The notes beneath the pieces were generated by a model, which saw nothing but the letters and a program-made list of their open reading frames with translations, was not told where the DNA came from and did not search any database. A stretch of 37,292 nt of DNA, taken from NCBI GenBank assembly GCA_964431785.1, contig CAYSKM010000001.1, positions 4,272 through 41,563 of the forward strand, in the 5' to 3' direction. Position 1 is the stretch's first letter, and every line of letters starts with the position of its first letter. The stretch is from an uncultured Candidatus Saccharibacteria bacterium (lineage in GTDB: Bacteria > Patescibacteriota > Minisyncoccia > Minisyncoccales > Minisyncoccaceae). Positions 18,360-26,540 of this stretch are shown here, one piece after another. A program made the translations under genes and the position numbers.

Positions 18360-20462
18360 ATGAAAATGAAGTATAGAGAAAAAATTCTTATAATCACCCT
18401 CTCTTCCCTATTTGTGTTTGTGGGGAATGTTTTTGCTATGATGAATAAGTATCCAATAATAGCAGGACAGGAGTTTAATGAAGAATCTAATATTCCACAA
18501 ATGGCTTTGTATTTTTTTATGGTGTTTGTTGCTTTTGGGGCTTTTTTGTTATTTGCAAGATTGTTATTTATTGGATTGAAGTTAACGACTGGAGGAACCT
18601 TACAAGAAGCAAAATCAGACATTAAGGGTCCTTTAATTGGAATGATGATTTTGCTTTCTGTTTATCTGATTGTTAATACAATTAATCCAGATTTGACGGA
18701 GTGGGATGGGTTAGATAAAAAATGTGCTGAAGGATTTTATTATAAGGTTAAGAAGGTGGAAAACGGAGAGGAGTTTATTTCATGGGAGTGTATTACAGAG
18801 AGTAAAGGAAATTTACCTGAATTGGATGAAAAACTTGAGGAAAAGATTTCTCCTTGTATTTATAAGGCAGTAATAGCTTATCCTGAGCCTGATTATAAAG
18901 GAACACCAAAAACATTGTTTGATGATCCTTCTTTTGATGATACTGGCTGTCCTGTTCCTGATATTGATTTAATAGGATATAAGTCAGTAAAAATATTGCC
19001 AAAGCTAGATGGGTTATATATTTATGATAAAGAAGAAAATCAATATTATGTTAAAAAAGAATTAGATAATCTTTCTAAATTAGATTTTAATAAAGATTCT
19101 ATTAAAAAAATAGAAGTAATGAACAGAGATTATAGTGAACCGATTTTGGATCCTGGGAATCATAATAATAAAATTGAGAAAGATTATTATTATGGAGTAT
19201 CTTTTCAAAGTCCTCAATTTAGAGAACAATGTCAAATATTTGACGAGGACAAGGCTTACGAAGAAACAGAGACTTATTCTGTTTTAACTGTAAGAAGTAG
19301 GATAAAAGAAAATAAGCCAGATGAAAGTTATATTTATCTTTATCCGGTCACTGACTGTGGAAGAAACTATAATAAAGATGAAGATACTCCTATAAAGCCT
19401 GACCCAGAAGGAGGTGCGGAATGTGGAGAGGCAGATGGCAATGAAACTGACAGTTGTCCCCCTCCTGGGAAGTCTTGTAATTATGGAGATAGGGAAAATG
19501 TTTTAGATGAAAATGGAGTATGTAGTTGGGATTGCGTGAGCAAGGATAAAAAAGAGACAGTATCGTGCTCTGCTCCAAAGCCTAGTCCAGAAGAGAAAGC
19601 AAAATGCGGAGAGGCGGATGACAAAGAGACTGATAAGTGCCCTCCTTCTGGCGAGTTATGTGCTTTTGGAAAAGAGGAAGGTCTTACAGAAACCACTATT
19701 GGGTGTGGATGGTCTTGTGTAAGTGACAATGGAGATAAGAGAGTGTTGTGTTTTGCTCCTAAGCCATCGGCTTCAGTTGATTCAAAAGATAAAGCAGAAT
19801 GTGGAGAGGCAACAAAAATTGTAACTGATAAATGTCCTCCTTCTGGCAAGTTATGTTCTTTTGGAGTAAAAAGCAAGGAAAGCGAAACTTCTACTGAGTG
19901 CGAGTGGTCTTGCGAAAGCGAAAATGGAGTTAATGAAGTAGATTGTTTTGCTCCTAAAATTCCATCTCTTCCGACTAGTGAGTTAAAAAGCTATTTAAGG
20001 GGAAAAATGGGGGTTGTTAGCGATTATTTAAAGAATGTTATAGAAAGTATCTCGGATTGGGCTTACGAAGCTGTATTCGCCGATAATGACCCAAAGAACA
20101 ATGAGATTATCACAGAAGAGTTGACTGATTTTGATACATTGAAAAATGTATGTAAAATAAAGATGCCTGAAGCTGGCACATCTGCAAAAGATTTAGAAAT
20201 AATTATTAATGAAGAATGCGGTGATTTATTTTTAAAGGATAGTGGTGGTAAGAAGTATTATGATATTAAATCAATTAAGTTAGACACCTTAGGTGCAGTG
20301 GTGATTAGAGGAAGTAATGATAAATGTCTTTATTTTAGCAGAAGACAAATAGAGCGAAGCGGAGGGTGTATTGGTGATCTGCAAGGCTCTGATATATATG
20401 ATTCTTCTTTAAAAGAAGGAGCAGTAAGGCCAAAAAGCATAATAGTAATAATGGACGAATAA
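18360..20462 (+). CDS. VirB2/TrbC-like pilin fusion with crystallin-like repeats and three 6-Cys repeats
   Basis: ATG at 18360 (or 18366) gives a signal peptide (MKMKYREKILII...VFA); AKSDIKGPLIGMMILLSVYLIVNTINPDL. Confidence 0.75.
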   Translation: MKMKYREKILIITLSSLFVFVGNVFAMMNKYPIIAGQEFNEESNIPQMALYFFMVFVAFGAFLLFARLLFIGLKLTTGGTLQEAKSDIKGPLIGMMILLSVYLIVNTINPDLTEWDGLDKKCAEGFYYKVKKVENGEEFISWECITESKGNLPELDEKLEEKISPCIYKAVIAYPEPDYKGTPKTLFDDPSFDDTGCPVPDIDLIGYKSVKILPKLDGLYIYDKEENQYYVKKELDNLSKLDFNKDSIKKIEVMNRDYSEPILDPGNHNNKIEKDYYYGVSFQSPQFREQCQIFDEDKAYEETETYSVLTVRSRIKENKPDESYIYLYPVTDCGRNYNKDEDTPIKPDPEGGAECGEADGNETDSCPPPGKSCNYGDRENVLDENGVCSWDCVSKDKKETVSCSAPKPSPEEKAKCGEADDKETDKCPPSGELCAFGKEEGLTETTIGCGWSCVSDNGDKRVLCFAPKPSASVDSKDKAECGEATKIVTDKCPPSGKLCSFGVKSKESETSTECEWSCESENGVNEVDCFAPKIPSLPTSELKSYLRGKMGVVSDYLKNVIESISDWAYEAVFADNDPKNNEIITEELTDFDTLKNVCKIKMPEAGTSAKDLEIIINEECGDLFLKDSGGKKYYDIKSIKLDTLGAVVIRGSNDKCLYFSRRQIERSGGCIGDLQGSDIYDSSLKEGAVRPKSIIVIMDE
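19416..19958 (+). repeat. Three tandem ~60-aa Cys-rich repeats (CGEA..TDxCPPxG..C..G..CxWxC..CxAPK)
   Basis: Units start at about 19416, 19599 and 19794; six Cys and one Trp conserved in each. Confidence 0.9.
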
Positions 20463-21505
20463 TGAAAAAAAATATAATTCTTAATTTATTAATATTCTCT
20501 TCCCTGTTATTGGTTACAAGTCCTGTTTTTGGTGATAGTTCAGGGATGGGAAAAGAATACTATGAGTTTATTGAAGAGTACTATCAGTATTTTGTTATTG
20601 TTGGATCAATAATAGGAGTTGTTTTGGTGGTGATAGGAGGAGCTAAAATAGGGTTATCAGCTGGAAATGCTGCAAAATTAAATGAAGGGAAAAAGATTTT
20701 AACTGGTGCTTTTTTTGGATTAGGGGTTTTATTGTCTTCTTATCTGATCGTGTATCAAATTAATCCAGGAATTCTAGTCAAGGAAATAATTAGTCCTTCG
20801 CCAAAAGAAGATCCAGAAAGTCTTGATGGATTATATTTAAAAAATGAAGCTACCAATAAAGAAGTGAGATTGCTTTATAGTGAAGCTAATCTTGGAAGGC
20901 TGGGGATGGATGAAAAAGTAGATAGCTATAGTTTTATTCAACCAAGCGGAGAAGAAAAATTTGCTGCGATATTCTTTTCAAATAGTGATTTTAAAGGAGA
21001 GTGTTTTTATGAAGGAGAAAATGCGACTGAGGTAGGAGATCTGCCTTTTGGTCCAAGGTCTGTGTTTGTTTTTAAGACAAAACAAAAAACAGATCAAACT
21101 GTGCGATTATATAATTATGACGATGGAGAGTGTACTGATGTTGATTTGGTTGGATATTCTCTGCACCCTGAGCAAATGGATATAAGTGCTTATGATGCTC
21201 CACAGAAATTAATGCATGATGATCCTGGTAAAGAGCATTGGATAGAGGTATCGTCAATAAGGATTGACAGTAAAGAAGTGCTTGTTCTTTTAGAGACAAG
21301 AAACAAGGAGGAATGTCAAAAAGGAAACAGTCAAGATCAGAAAGATGGTTCATTGCCAAATAGTTGTTTTCATTGTCAGTTGATTTGGAAACCTTCAGAC
21401 ACCAGGAATTGTGTTCCGTTGAAATATGATTATGTTTATTATTCTGATGCGATAGATACTATTAAGCCTGGATATATTAAACTTTTTCATATGGTTTCAA
21501 ATTAA
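20462..21505 (+). CDS. VirB2/TrbC-like pilin fusion, shortest paralog
   Basis: SAGNAAKLNEGKKILTGAFFGLGVLLSSYLIVYQINPG; GLYL, FSNSDFKGEC and SSIRI motifs. Confidence 0.75.
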   Translation: MKKNIILNLLIFSSLLLVTSPVFGDSSGMGKEYYEFIEEYYQYFVIVGSIIGVVLVVIGGAKIGLSAGNAAKLNEGKKILTGAFFGLGVLLSSYLIVYQINPGILVKEIISPSPKEDPESLDGLYLKNEATNKEVRLLYSEANLGRLGMDEKVDSYSFIQPSGEEKFAAIFFSNSDFKGECFYEGENATEVGDLPFGPRSVFVFKTKQKTDQTVRLYNYDDGECTDVDLVGYSLHPEQMDISAYDAPQKLMHDDPGKEHWIEVSSIRIDSKEVLVLLETRNKEECQKGNSQDQKDGSLPNSCFHCQLIWKPSDTRNCVPLKYDYVYYSDAIDTIKPGYIKLFHMVSN

Positions 21506-21768
21506 GATTTTTCTGAAATGTATTGAGTTGTGATATTAATCCAATCATTAAGAGAAAGTGTTTCTGCTCGTTGACTTGGGCTTATATTATTACTTACTAG
21601 TATTTTTTTTATAAAACTCCTATCCCCTATTTGAGATAGGTTTTTTATTAATTGTTTTCTCGGACAAGAAAATCCAGCTTTGAGTATGCGGAAAAATTCT
21701 TTATTAAAAGTTTTTTCTCTTTTAGCGTTGTGGGGAGTAATAAGAATAATGGCGCTATCAACTTTTGG
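21502..21768 (-). CDS. rsmA: RsmA/KsgA C-terminal segment with no start codon of its own
   Basis: Translates PKVDSAIILITPH...FFRILKAGFSCPRKQLIKNL...QRAETLSLNDWINI...EKS*. An in-frame TAA lies three codons upstream (21777-21775) and the segment has no Met. Missing from the ORF track. Confidence 0.85.
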   Translation of the reverse strand, partial: PKVDSAIILITPHNAKREKTFNKEFFRILKAGFSCPRKQLIKNLSQIGDRSFIKKILVSNNISPSQRAETLSLNDWINITTQYISEKS

Positions 21769-21917
21769 TTTTTTTTAGCTACCTTTATTGGTTTAATTTT
21801 AACAGGGCTTGTTCTATTTTCATTTTTGACACTAATTTTTTATTATTTAATTTTATTTTTAATTTTAATTTTAACTTTGTTTATTCTATTTAACAAAATT
21901 AAACCTTGGTTCGATTA
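21766..21917 (-). other. 152-nt A-rich out-of-frame coding gap in rsmA (candidate bypass element or insertion)
   Basis: CCA-TAA at 21920-21915, matching CCA at 21768-21766, hairpin 21907-21932, 11-bp inverted repeat 21790-21800/21895-21905. Confidence 0.8.
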
Positions 21918-22511
21918 TGGAGAATCGGTCCAGCAATTTCTTGAAACAATGTGCTTTATTTTTGATTCAGCATAATAACTAACACTTATAGAAAGAAGGG
22001 AGTTATTTTTTTTGTCGCATATTCTTTCTGCAACTTCTTTTTGAATCATTAAAACAATTAACTGAGGTTGAGAGTTGTTTTCTAATAACAATCTAATGAT
22101 TCTTGAAGTTAAATAATATGGAATGTTGGCAATTATTTTATAGTTTTTTGGGATTATTTTATTTAATTCACTGGTAGGTTTTTCTATTTCTATTAAAGCA
22201 TCTCCATTAATAATATTGACATTGTCAATGCCTTTCTCTTGTATTATTAAAGAGAGCCATTCGTGTATTTTGGTGTCTTTTTCAATGCAAATTATCTGTT
22301 TAGCATTTTGACTCAAGGGGAAGGTTATTGTGCCTAATCCAGGCCCAATTTCAACCACTGTATCCTCTTTTGTAATGCTTCCTGAATCAATCATTTTATT
22401 GATAATGTTTTGATCGTGAAGAAAGTTCTGCCCAAGACGCTTATTAGCAGAAAGATTTGATTTTTCAAGCATTTCTTTGATATTGTTCTTTGGGGATATT
22501 TCAGTTGACAT
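21915..22511 (-). CDS. rsmA: 16S rRNA adenine dimethyltransferase RsmA/KsgA, N-terminal segment
   Basis: LGQNFL, VVEIGPGLG, IEKD, GDAL, ANIPYYLTS and MIQKEVAERI are intact; stops within the FxPxPKVDS motif. Confidence 0.93.
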   Translation of the reverse strand: MSTEISPKNNIKEMLEKSNLSANKRLGQNFLHDQNIINKMIDSGSITKEDTVVEIGPGLGTITFPLSQNAKQIICIEKDTKIHEWLSLIIQEKGIDNVNIINGDALIEIEKPTSELNKIIPKNYKIIANIPYYLTSRIIRLLLENNSQPQLIVLMIQKEVAERICDKKNNSLLSISVSYYAESKIKHIVSRNCWTDSP

Positions 22512-22596
22512 AATGTATAAATGATTTAGAATGAATAATGTAGATACTAAAGAGTTTGGACTATAAACTAATAATTTTCAAGACTACTAAAATTAA

Positions 22597-23745
22597 ATGA
22601 TTACACAAAATAAGGAAGGAGAGGGTGAAGAATCTAGTTTCTTGCAGTCATCAAAAAGATTTATTTTTTCTAAAAGAAAGATTATAATTATTGCCTTGGC
22701 ATGTATTTTTTGTTTGGCTATGACTGTAAACCCTTTAAATAAAGAAACAAGCAGTGCTTGGGCTGATCAGCCCATTGCAATCATTAATCTTGATCAGGTT
22801 GTTGCTCCAAAAAGCAATATAATGACTTTTAATGAGAATGGAGTTGCTGTTCCCAATAGCACTCCCCTATTTGTTGCCGAAGAGAGTTATGCATTATTGA
22901 TGGATATTGAAGGGGAACAAATTGTAACTGAACATGGGGATGCTATTATTAAATATTCTGTTCAAAAAGGAGAGACTTTATCAAAAATAGCAGAAAAGTT
23001 TAATATTTCTGTAGAAACAATTTTACTTGCCAATGAACTTACAACTAGTAAAATAAAAGAAGGACAAGAGTTAATGATATTGCCTGTCAATGGTTTAATT
23101 CACATGGTAGAAAAAGGAGAAACAGTTGATGGTATTGCTAAAAAATATCAAGTAAATGCAGAAAATGTTGTTGAGTTTAATAATCTTAATGAAAACAAAG
23201 ATATTTACTTGGGAGATGTTTTAATTATTCCTAATGGGAAAGCTCCTAAGGAAGAGAAAGTAGCAACTACTATAAAGAAGGTTGATGATCAAAAAGTTGT
23301 GGCTGTTGAGATATCAAATGATGCTTCTTCTGCTTACTTTATTACTCCTGCAAAAGGAATAATTAGTCAAGGAGCACACTATTCTCATACTTCAAAAGGA
23401 AAGAATTATTATAATTCTATTGATATTGCTGGTGCCTATGGAAGTGCAATAGTGGCTGCTGCTGGAGGAACAGTACAGATTGTTAAAAATGCTTGGCCTT
23501 ATGGAATGTATATTACTGTTGCTCATGAAAGTGGTGCTGTTACTCTTTATGCTCACTTAAGTGGCTTTGCAGAGGGTATTATTTCTGGAGCAAAAGTTTC
23601 TCAAGGACAGGTTATTGGATATATGGGGAATACTGGAAAGGTTATTAGGTTTAAAGGTGGAACAGGCACTCACCTTCACTATGAGGTAAGAGGAGCTGCA
23701 AATCCTTTAGCAGGTTTTTCAGTTGGTTCTACTGTAAGTTATTAA
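22597..23745 (+). CDS. LysM x2 + M23 peptidase (cell-wall endopeptidase)
   Basis: N-terminal TM; YSVQKGETLSKIA and HMVEKGETVDGIA LysM repeats; SIDIA, YAHL, GQVIGYMGNTG, HLHYEVR. Confidence 0.92.
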   Translation: MITQNKEGEGEESSFLQSSKRFIFSKRKIIIIALACIFCLAMTVNPLNKETSSAWADQPIAIINLDQVVAPKSNIMTFNENGVAVPNSTPLFVAEESYALLMDIEGEQIVTEHGDAIIKYSVQKGETLSKIAEKFNISVETILLANELTTSKIKEGQELMILPVNGLIHMVEKGETVDGIAKKYQVNAENVVEFNNLNENKDIYLGDVLIIPNGKAPKEEKVATTIKKVDDQKVVAVEISNDASSAYFITPAKGIISQGAHYSHTSKGKNYYNSIDIAGAYGSAIVAAAGGTVQIVKNAWPYGMYITVAHESGAVTLYAHLSGFAEGIISGAKVSQGQVIGYMGNTGKVIRFKGGTGTHLHYEVRGAANPLAGFSVGSTVSY

Positions 23746-23759
23746 ATATATTAGAAAAG

Positions 23760-23791
23760 AAAAGATCCATTAGTTGTAATGGATCTTTTTT
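23760..23791. terminator. Bidirectional intrinsic terminator
   Basis: Perfect 13-bp stem AAAAGATCCATTA/TAATGGATCTTTT with GTTG loop, between convergent genes. Confidence 0.85.
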
Positions 23792-23792
23792 A

Positions 23793-24149
23793 TTATATTT
23801 TACAGTTATTGCAAGTTCTTGCTTCTGGAATGATTTTTAATCTTTCAATTTCTATTTCTTTGTGGCATTTTTCGCACATCCCATAGGTATTGTTTTTGAT
23901 TTTTTCTAGAGCGTTATTGATGTTTTTTAGTTTCAGCTCAAGAGAATGTTCTACTGGAAGAAGATTCTCATATTCTTCTACTTCATCTGTTTCACATTCA
24001 ATGTCGTCGCAATTTTCTTCGTGAGGAAACTTTGTTTCCCAATCATCCTCTCCCTCCCCTCTTGATGCAAATGTTTGAAGTTGGTCTTCAATTTCTTTTT
24101 TGTTTTTTTCGAGCATTGTTTTCAGCTCTTCAATTGTATTATTGTCCAT
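23793..24149 (-). CDS. TraR/DksA C4-type zinc finger protein
   Basis: ALEKIKNNTYGMCEKCHKEIEIERLKIIPEARTCNNC. Confidence 0.88.
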   Translation of the reverse strand: MDNNTIEELKTMLEKNKKEIEDQLQTFASRGEGEDDWETKFPHEENCDDIECETDEVEEYENLLPVEHSLELKLKNINNALEKIKNNTYGMCEKCHKEIEIERLKIIPEARTCNNCKI

Positions 24150-26517
24150 TGTTTTGTTTATTATCTTGATTTTCTGGTTCTGGTGTTTCGTTGTTTCCTG
24201 TTTTAATTTTATTTGAGATGTGAGATATTTGAAGCTTGATGTTTCTTTCTTTTTTCTCGTTTATTTCATTGATTTTGTCTCTGAATTGCTTAACTTTTCC
24301 AGAAATAGCTTGATATCTTTCTTTTAATTCTTCTCTTGCTTTTTCTGTCTTAGATAAAGTGTCTTCAAGCTTCCATCTTTCTGTTTCAATTTCTCTTCTT
24401 TCTGCTTCTATCTTTTTTCTTTGAACTTCAAGAGCTCTAAGTTCGTTTTTGTTTCCAGCTGCGTCTGATCTTTTTTCTAGTATCTTTATTTCTTCTTCTG
24501 ATAGTTTTTCCTTATTCTTTATATTAGAAATCTTTCTATTAAGATCGTCTTTTAGGGCTGTGTTTTCAAACATTTTATCTTTTATTTCAAAAGCTTCTTC
24601 TTCAATCTTTTCTAGTTCTTTTTGGGTTTCTCTTTTTTCCTGTTCTAAAAGAATGTCTTCCCTATCTCTTCTAAGGATTTCTAGCTCAAGATTAAGTTCT
24701 CTTTCTTTTGATTCTATTTTTTCAAAATTATAAGCACATTCACTAAGTTGAGCATGTAATGATTCAAGTTCATCTTCTTTTTCCCTTCTTTCTATAACAA
24801 CGTTATTTCTTTCGTCTTCTATTTTCCATCTTTCTTTTTCAAAAGCTCTTTTTTCTTCTGGTGATTTAGCGTTATGTTCTTGATCTTCTACGCTTTTTTT
24901 TATTTCCTCTATTCTTTGCAATCTACTCATCACAAGCTCTAGTTTTTTTTCAGCTCTTTCTATTTCCATTTCAAGTTCCTTTTTTCTTTGTTCAAAAGGA
25001 ACCTTTTCCTCAAGAATGTTTGATAATTCTTCTTCTGTATCAAAAGTACAATTAGTTATTTTCCTAAGTTTTTCTTCGTCTGTTTCTTCTTTTTTTATTC
25101 TTTCTTTGAGTTTTTTTTCTGTTTCTTGTTCTTGTAGAAATCTTTTTTTATCAGCTTCCTCTGCTAATCTTTTTTTCTCTTCTTCTTCTTTTTCTTTCTT
25201 TTTTTCTGAAGAAGTTATTTTTTCAGACTCTTCTGATATGTCTTTTAAAGTAGGAATGCTTGGTATTTTTACTTCGGTTTTATCTTTTTCTTTATGATCT
25301 CTTGGGTTTAATTTTGAAAGATCAGAGATTTCAGGAAGATTTTCTATGGCAAAGTCTTTAAAGCTTTGTGCAGATGTTTTATTGATGTTTTCAGGAACAA
25401 TTTTTTCTTCATTTTTTTCAATTAAAGCTTCTTTTTTTGCTTTTTCTTCAGAGAGTTGCTTGTTGAGTTGCTCTAATTCAAATTGTGATGAGGGTGTGCT
25501 TGTCGCAGAATTATCTTTTTCTTGGGTTTTCTTTTCTTCTGCTGATCGTTTTTCGCTTATTAGTTTTTCTTTTTCTGCTCTAACTTTTTCTATTTCTTGT
25601 TTTATTTTTTCAAGTTCTGCTTTTTCTCTTTCAACTCTTTCTTTTTCTTCTTGTTCTCTTTTTTCTAATTCTCTTTTGATTTGCTCTTGCCTAATTCTTT
25701 CTTTTTCTGCTTTTTCTTTTTCAAGTTCTGTTAAGAGTCTTTCTCTCTCTGCCCTTTCTCTTTCTATTTCTTCTTGTTCTTTTTTGGTGGCTTCTTCTTG
25801 CTCTCTTTTAACTTGCTCTTGCCTAATTCTTTCTTTTTCTGCTTTTTCTCTTTCAAGTTCTGCTAAGAGTCTTTCTTTTTCTAGTTTCTCTAATTCTATT
25901 TTTTCAAGCTCTTCTTTTTCTCTTTCTAATCTTTCTCTTTCTGCTCTTTCTCTTTCTAATCTTTCTCTCTCTGCCCTTTCTCTTTTGAGTTCATTTTCTA
26001 ATCTTTCTCTCTCTGCCCTTTCTCTTTCTAGTTTTTCTTTTTCAATTCTTTCTTTTTCTGCTTTTTCTATTTCAATTTTTTCTTTTTCAAGCTTTTCGCG
26101 AGCAAGTCTTTCTTTTTCAAGTTCTCTTTCTAATCTTTCTCTTTCTGCTTTTTCTTTTTCTTGTTTGATAATTTCTTGTTCTTGTTGCAGTTTTCTTTCT
26201 TGAGCGGCAAGGATTTTTTCTTGAGCTTCTTTGGCGATACGATCTTTTTCTGATACGTCAAGATCATCCTTTATTAAAGGAGATGTTGGTTTTTGGCTAT
26301 CCACAAACTGTATGTTTTGTTTTTGTTGTGGATGGACGGGCTGCACTGAAGAAGTTGGTTGAGAAACTGGGATTGGTGGCATTTGAGGTGTGACTGGAGA
26401 AACAGAAACTTGACTATTTTTTTCTTGTTTCTTTTGAATAGTTTCTTTTTCAGCTTCTACCAAATCCGCTCTCATGGTACGAATTTGGCTTTTTTCTATT
26501 TTAAGGTTTTCCTCCAT
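24139..26517 (-). CDS. Large E/K/R-rich coiled-coil protein
   Basis: 792-aa ORF; N-terminal IRTM motif, P/Q linker, ERERAERERLE repeats, recurring E.ERWK motif. Confidence 0.85.
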   Translation of the reverse strand: MEENLKIEKSQIRTMRADLVEAEKETIQKKQEKNSQVSVSPVTPQMPPIPVSQPTSSVQPVHPQQKQNIQFVDSQKPTSPLIKDDLDVSEKDRIAKEAQEKILAAQERKLQQEQEIIKQEKEKAERERLERELEKERLAREKLEKEKIEIEKAEKERIEKEKLERERAERERLENELKRERAERERLERERAERERLEREKEELEKIELEKLEKERLLAELEREKAEKERIRQEQVKREQEEATKKEQEEIERERAERERLLTELEKEKAEKERIRQEQIKRELEKREQEEKERVEREKAELEKIKQEIEKVRAEKEKLISEKRSAEEKKTQEKDNSATSTPSSQFELEQLNKQLSEEKAKKEALIEKNEEKIVPENINKTSAQSFKDFAIENLPEISDLSKLNPRDHKEKDKTEVKIPSIPTLKDISEESEKITSSEKKKEKEEEEKKRLAEEADKKRFLQEQETEKKLKERIKKEETDEEKLRKITNCTFDTEEELSNILEEKVPFEQRKKELEMEIERAEKKLELVMSRLQRIEEIKKSVEDQEHNAKSPEEKRAFEKERWKIEDERNNVVIERREKEDELESLHAQLSECAYNFEKIESKERELNLELEILRRDREDILLEQEKRETQKELEKIEEEAFEIKDKMFENTALKDDLNRKISNIKNKEKLSEEEIKILEKRSDAAGNKNELRALEVQRKKIEAERREIETERWKLEDTLSKTEKAREELKERYQAISGKVKQFRDKINEINEKKERNIKLQISHISNKIKTGNNETPEPENQDNKQNNGQ

Positions 26518-26540
26518 AGAAAAATATTATTTTAATGAAA

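Noticed and set aside
10256-21505. Diversity-generating retroelement or invertase shufflon acting on the pilins
   Set aside because: No reverse transcriptase, recombinase, near-identical template/variable repeat pair or inversion sites seen; paralogs are highly diverged.
21766-21917. Group I/II intron, intein, simple frameshift or clean MITE in rsmA
   Set aside because: Too short and AT-rich for a ribozyme core; contains stops, so not an intein; 152 extra nt cannot be a single indel; removing only the inverted-repeat-bounded 116 bp leaves in-frame stops.
21652-21975. 107-aa hydrophobic plus-strand ORF across the rsmA gap
   Set aside because: Antisense to both rsmA halves; hydrophobicity follows from the T-rich strand; no RBS. 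Not fully excluded.
25346-26203. 285-aa Ser/Phe/Leu-rich plus-strand ORF (also 24449 and 25016)
   Set aside because: Antisense shadows of the E/K/R-rich coding strand.
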